A DNA stretch of 21,224 bases, from contig CDRNVI010000231.1 of the NCBI GenBank assembly GCA_977017575.1, positions 1 to 21,224 of the forward strand. The letters run 5' to 3'. Position numbers and translations under genes: made by a program. Of this stretch, positions 20,820 through 21,224 are shown piece by piece. This stretch comes from Paramoeba atlantica (lineage: Eukaryota > Protista > Discosea). The first letter of the stretch is position 1. The number at the start of each line of letters is the position of its first letter. The notes under the pieces were generated by a model. That model did no database searches. It saw only the letters and a list, made by a program, of their open reading frames with translations, and was not told the DNA's origin.

Positions 20820-20976
20820 AATAATTCAAGTGCTGGCCCAGATGATATTTCCTTTGTTCTCTACAGAGTGACAAGTGAACAGCTGTGTGATATGTGGTGT
20901 GAACTTATCCAGAGAGCTGGGGAATCAATGGATTTCCCTGAGTTGTTTGGGGAGAGTCAGCTTGTGTTACTACCTA
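20820..20976 (+). pseudogene. LINE unit B, 5' part (start of RT region), inverted relative to its 3' part
   Basis: Translates NNSSAGPDDISFVLYRVTSEQLCDMWCELIQRAGESMDFPELFGESQLVLLP. This is homologous to unit A at ~18350-18505 and ends at the VLLP where the minus-strand ORF at 14629 begins. Confidence 0.9.
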
Positions 20977-20991
20977 TTTTTTTTTTTTAAG
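20962..20991 (+). repeat. Right inversion breakpoint: rc(P) TTGTGTTACTACCTA + T12-AAG containing rc(Q)
   Basis: Inverted copies of 14617-14631 and 14632-14643. Confidence 0.9.
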
Positions 20992-21224
20992 GTTTAGACA
21001 CCAGGTGCTATTTATTAGAATTAAAAACCATCTCTAGGATGGAAAAGAGGGGGGAAGAAAGAGGGGGGGGAGGGGAGATAAGTTAAGAGTTAGATTCAAG
21101 GATCTCTTCAGCATGGAATGCATTGGAGTTTCTTTACCAACTTTAGTTCTCACTAAGGGGTCTGCATTTGATTGTCCATCTTCTAAAACCAGGGAGTGAA
21201 TTCAGTTTGGAGGTTTCTATGAAG
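20977..21224 (-). mobile_element. 3' end of a further polyadenylated unit (D), probably a retroelement or retrocopy, extending beyond the window
   Basis: On the minus strand a reading frame ends in TAA, followed by AATAAA (21016-21011) and then, about 22 nt later, A12 (20988-20977). Too short to assign a family. Confidence 0.45.

Noticed and set aside
10769-20874. Short antisense or alternative-frame ORFs overlapping the LINE ORFs
   Set aside because: Shadows of the retroelement coding frames with no independent motifs.
21049-21075. G-run cluster (G6, G8, G4) as a functional G-quadruplex
   Set aside because: It is possible in principle, but it is only three runs in purine-rich low-complexity sequence with no supporting evidence.

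Overview
Eukaryotic chromosome end; host not identifiable from sequence alone. Bases 1-600 are a pure (CCCTAAA)n telomere. A short AT-rich subtelomere with a degenerate ~185-bp period follows. Next is ~7.7 kb of strand-asymmetric CT-rich low-complexity DNA (1417-9165) holding duplicated, exon-like islands and one TSD-flanked SINE-like insertion with Pol III A/B boxes. A decayed 3' fragment of a restriction-like-endonuclease (CRE-type) non-LTR retrotransposon lies at 9182-10506. The remaining ~10.7 kb is a chain of L1-like LINE units encoding APE endonuclease, RT, zf-RVT and RNase H, which I call A-D. Main observations: (1) The apparently head-to-head LINEs are best explained as one head-to-tail array (D-A-B-C) broken by a 6.3-kb inversion, with short inverted duplications at both breakpoints (15 bp and 12 bp). 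(2) All 14 premature stops I counted in units A and C are TGA and there are no frameshifts, which best fits CpG deamination of CGA. (3) Unit C looks like an ORF1-only element whose stop codon lies in a telomere-repeat remnant. No intact host gene is supported. The many F/L/S-rich and K/E/R-rich ORFs in the track are artefacts of the microsatellite DNA. All alignments and counts were done by eye.
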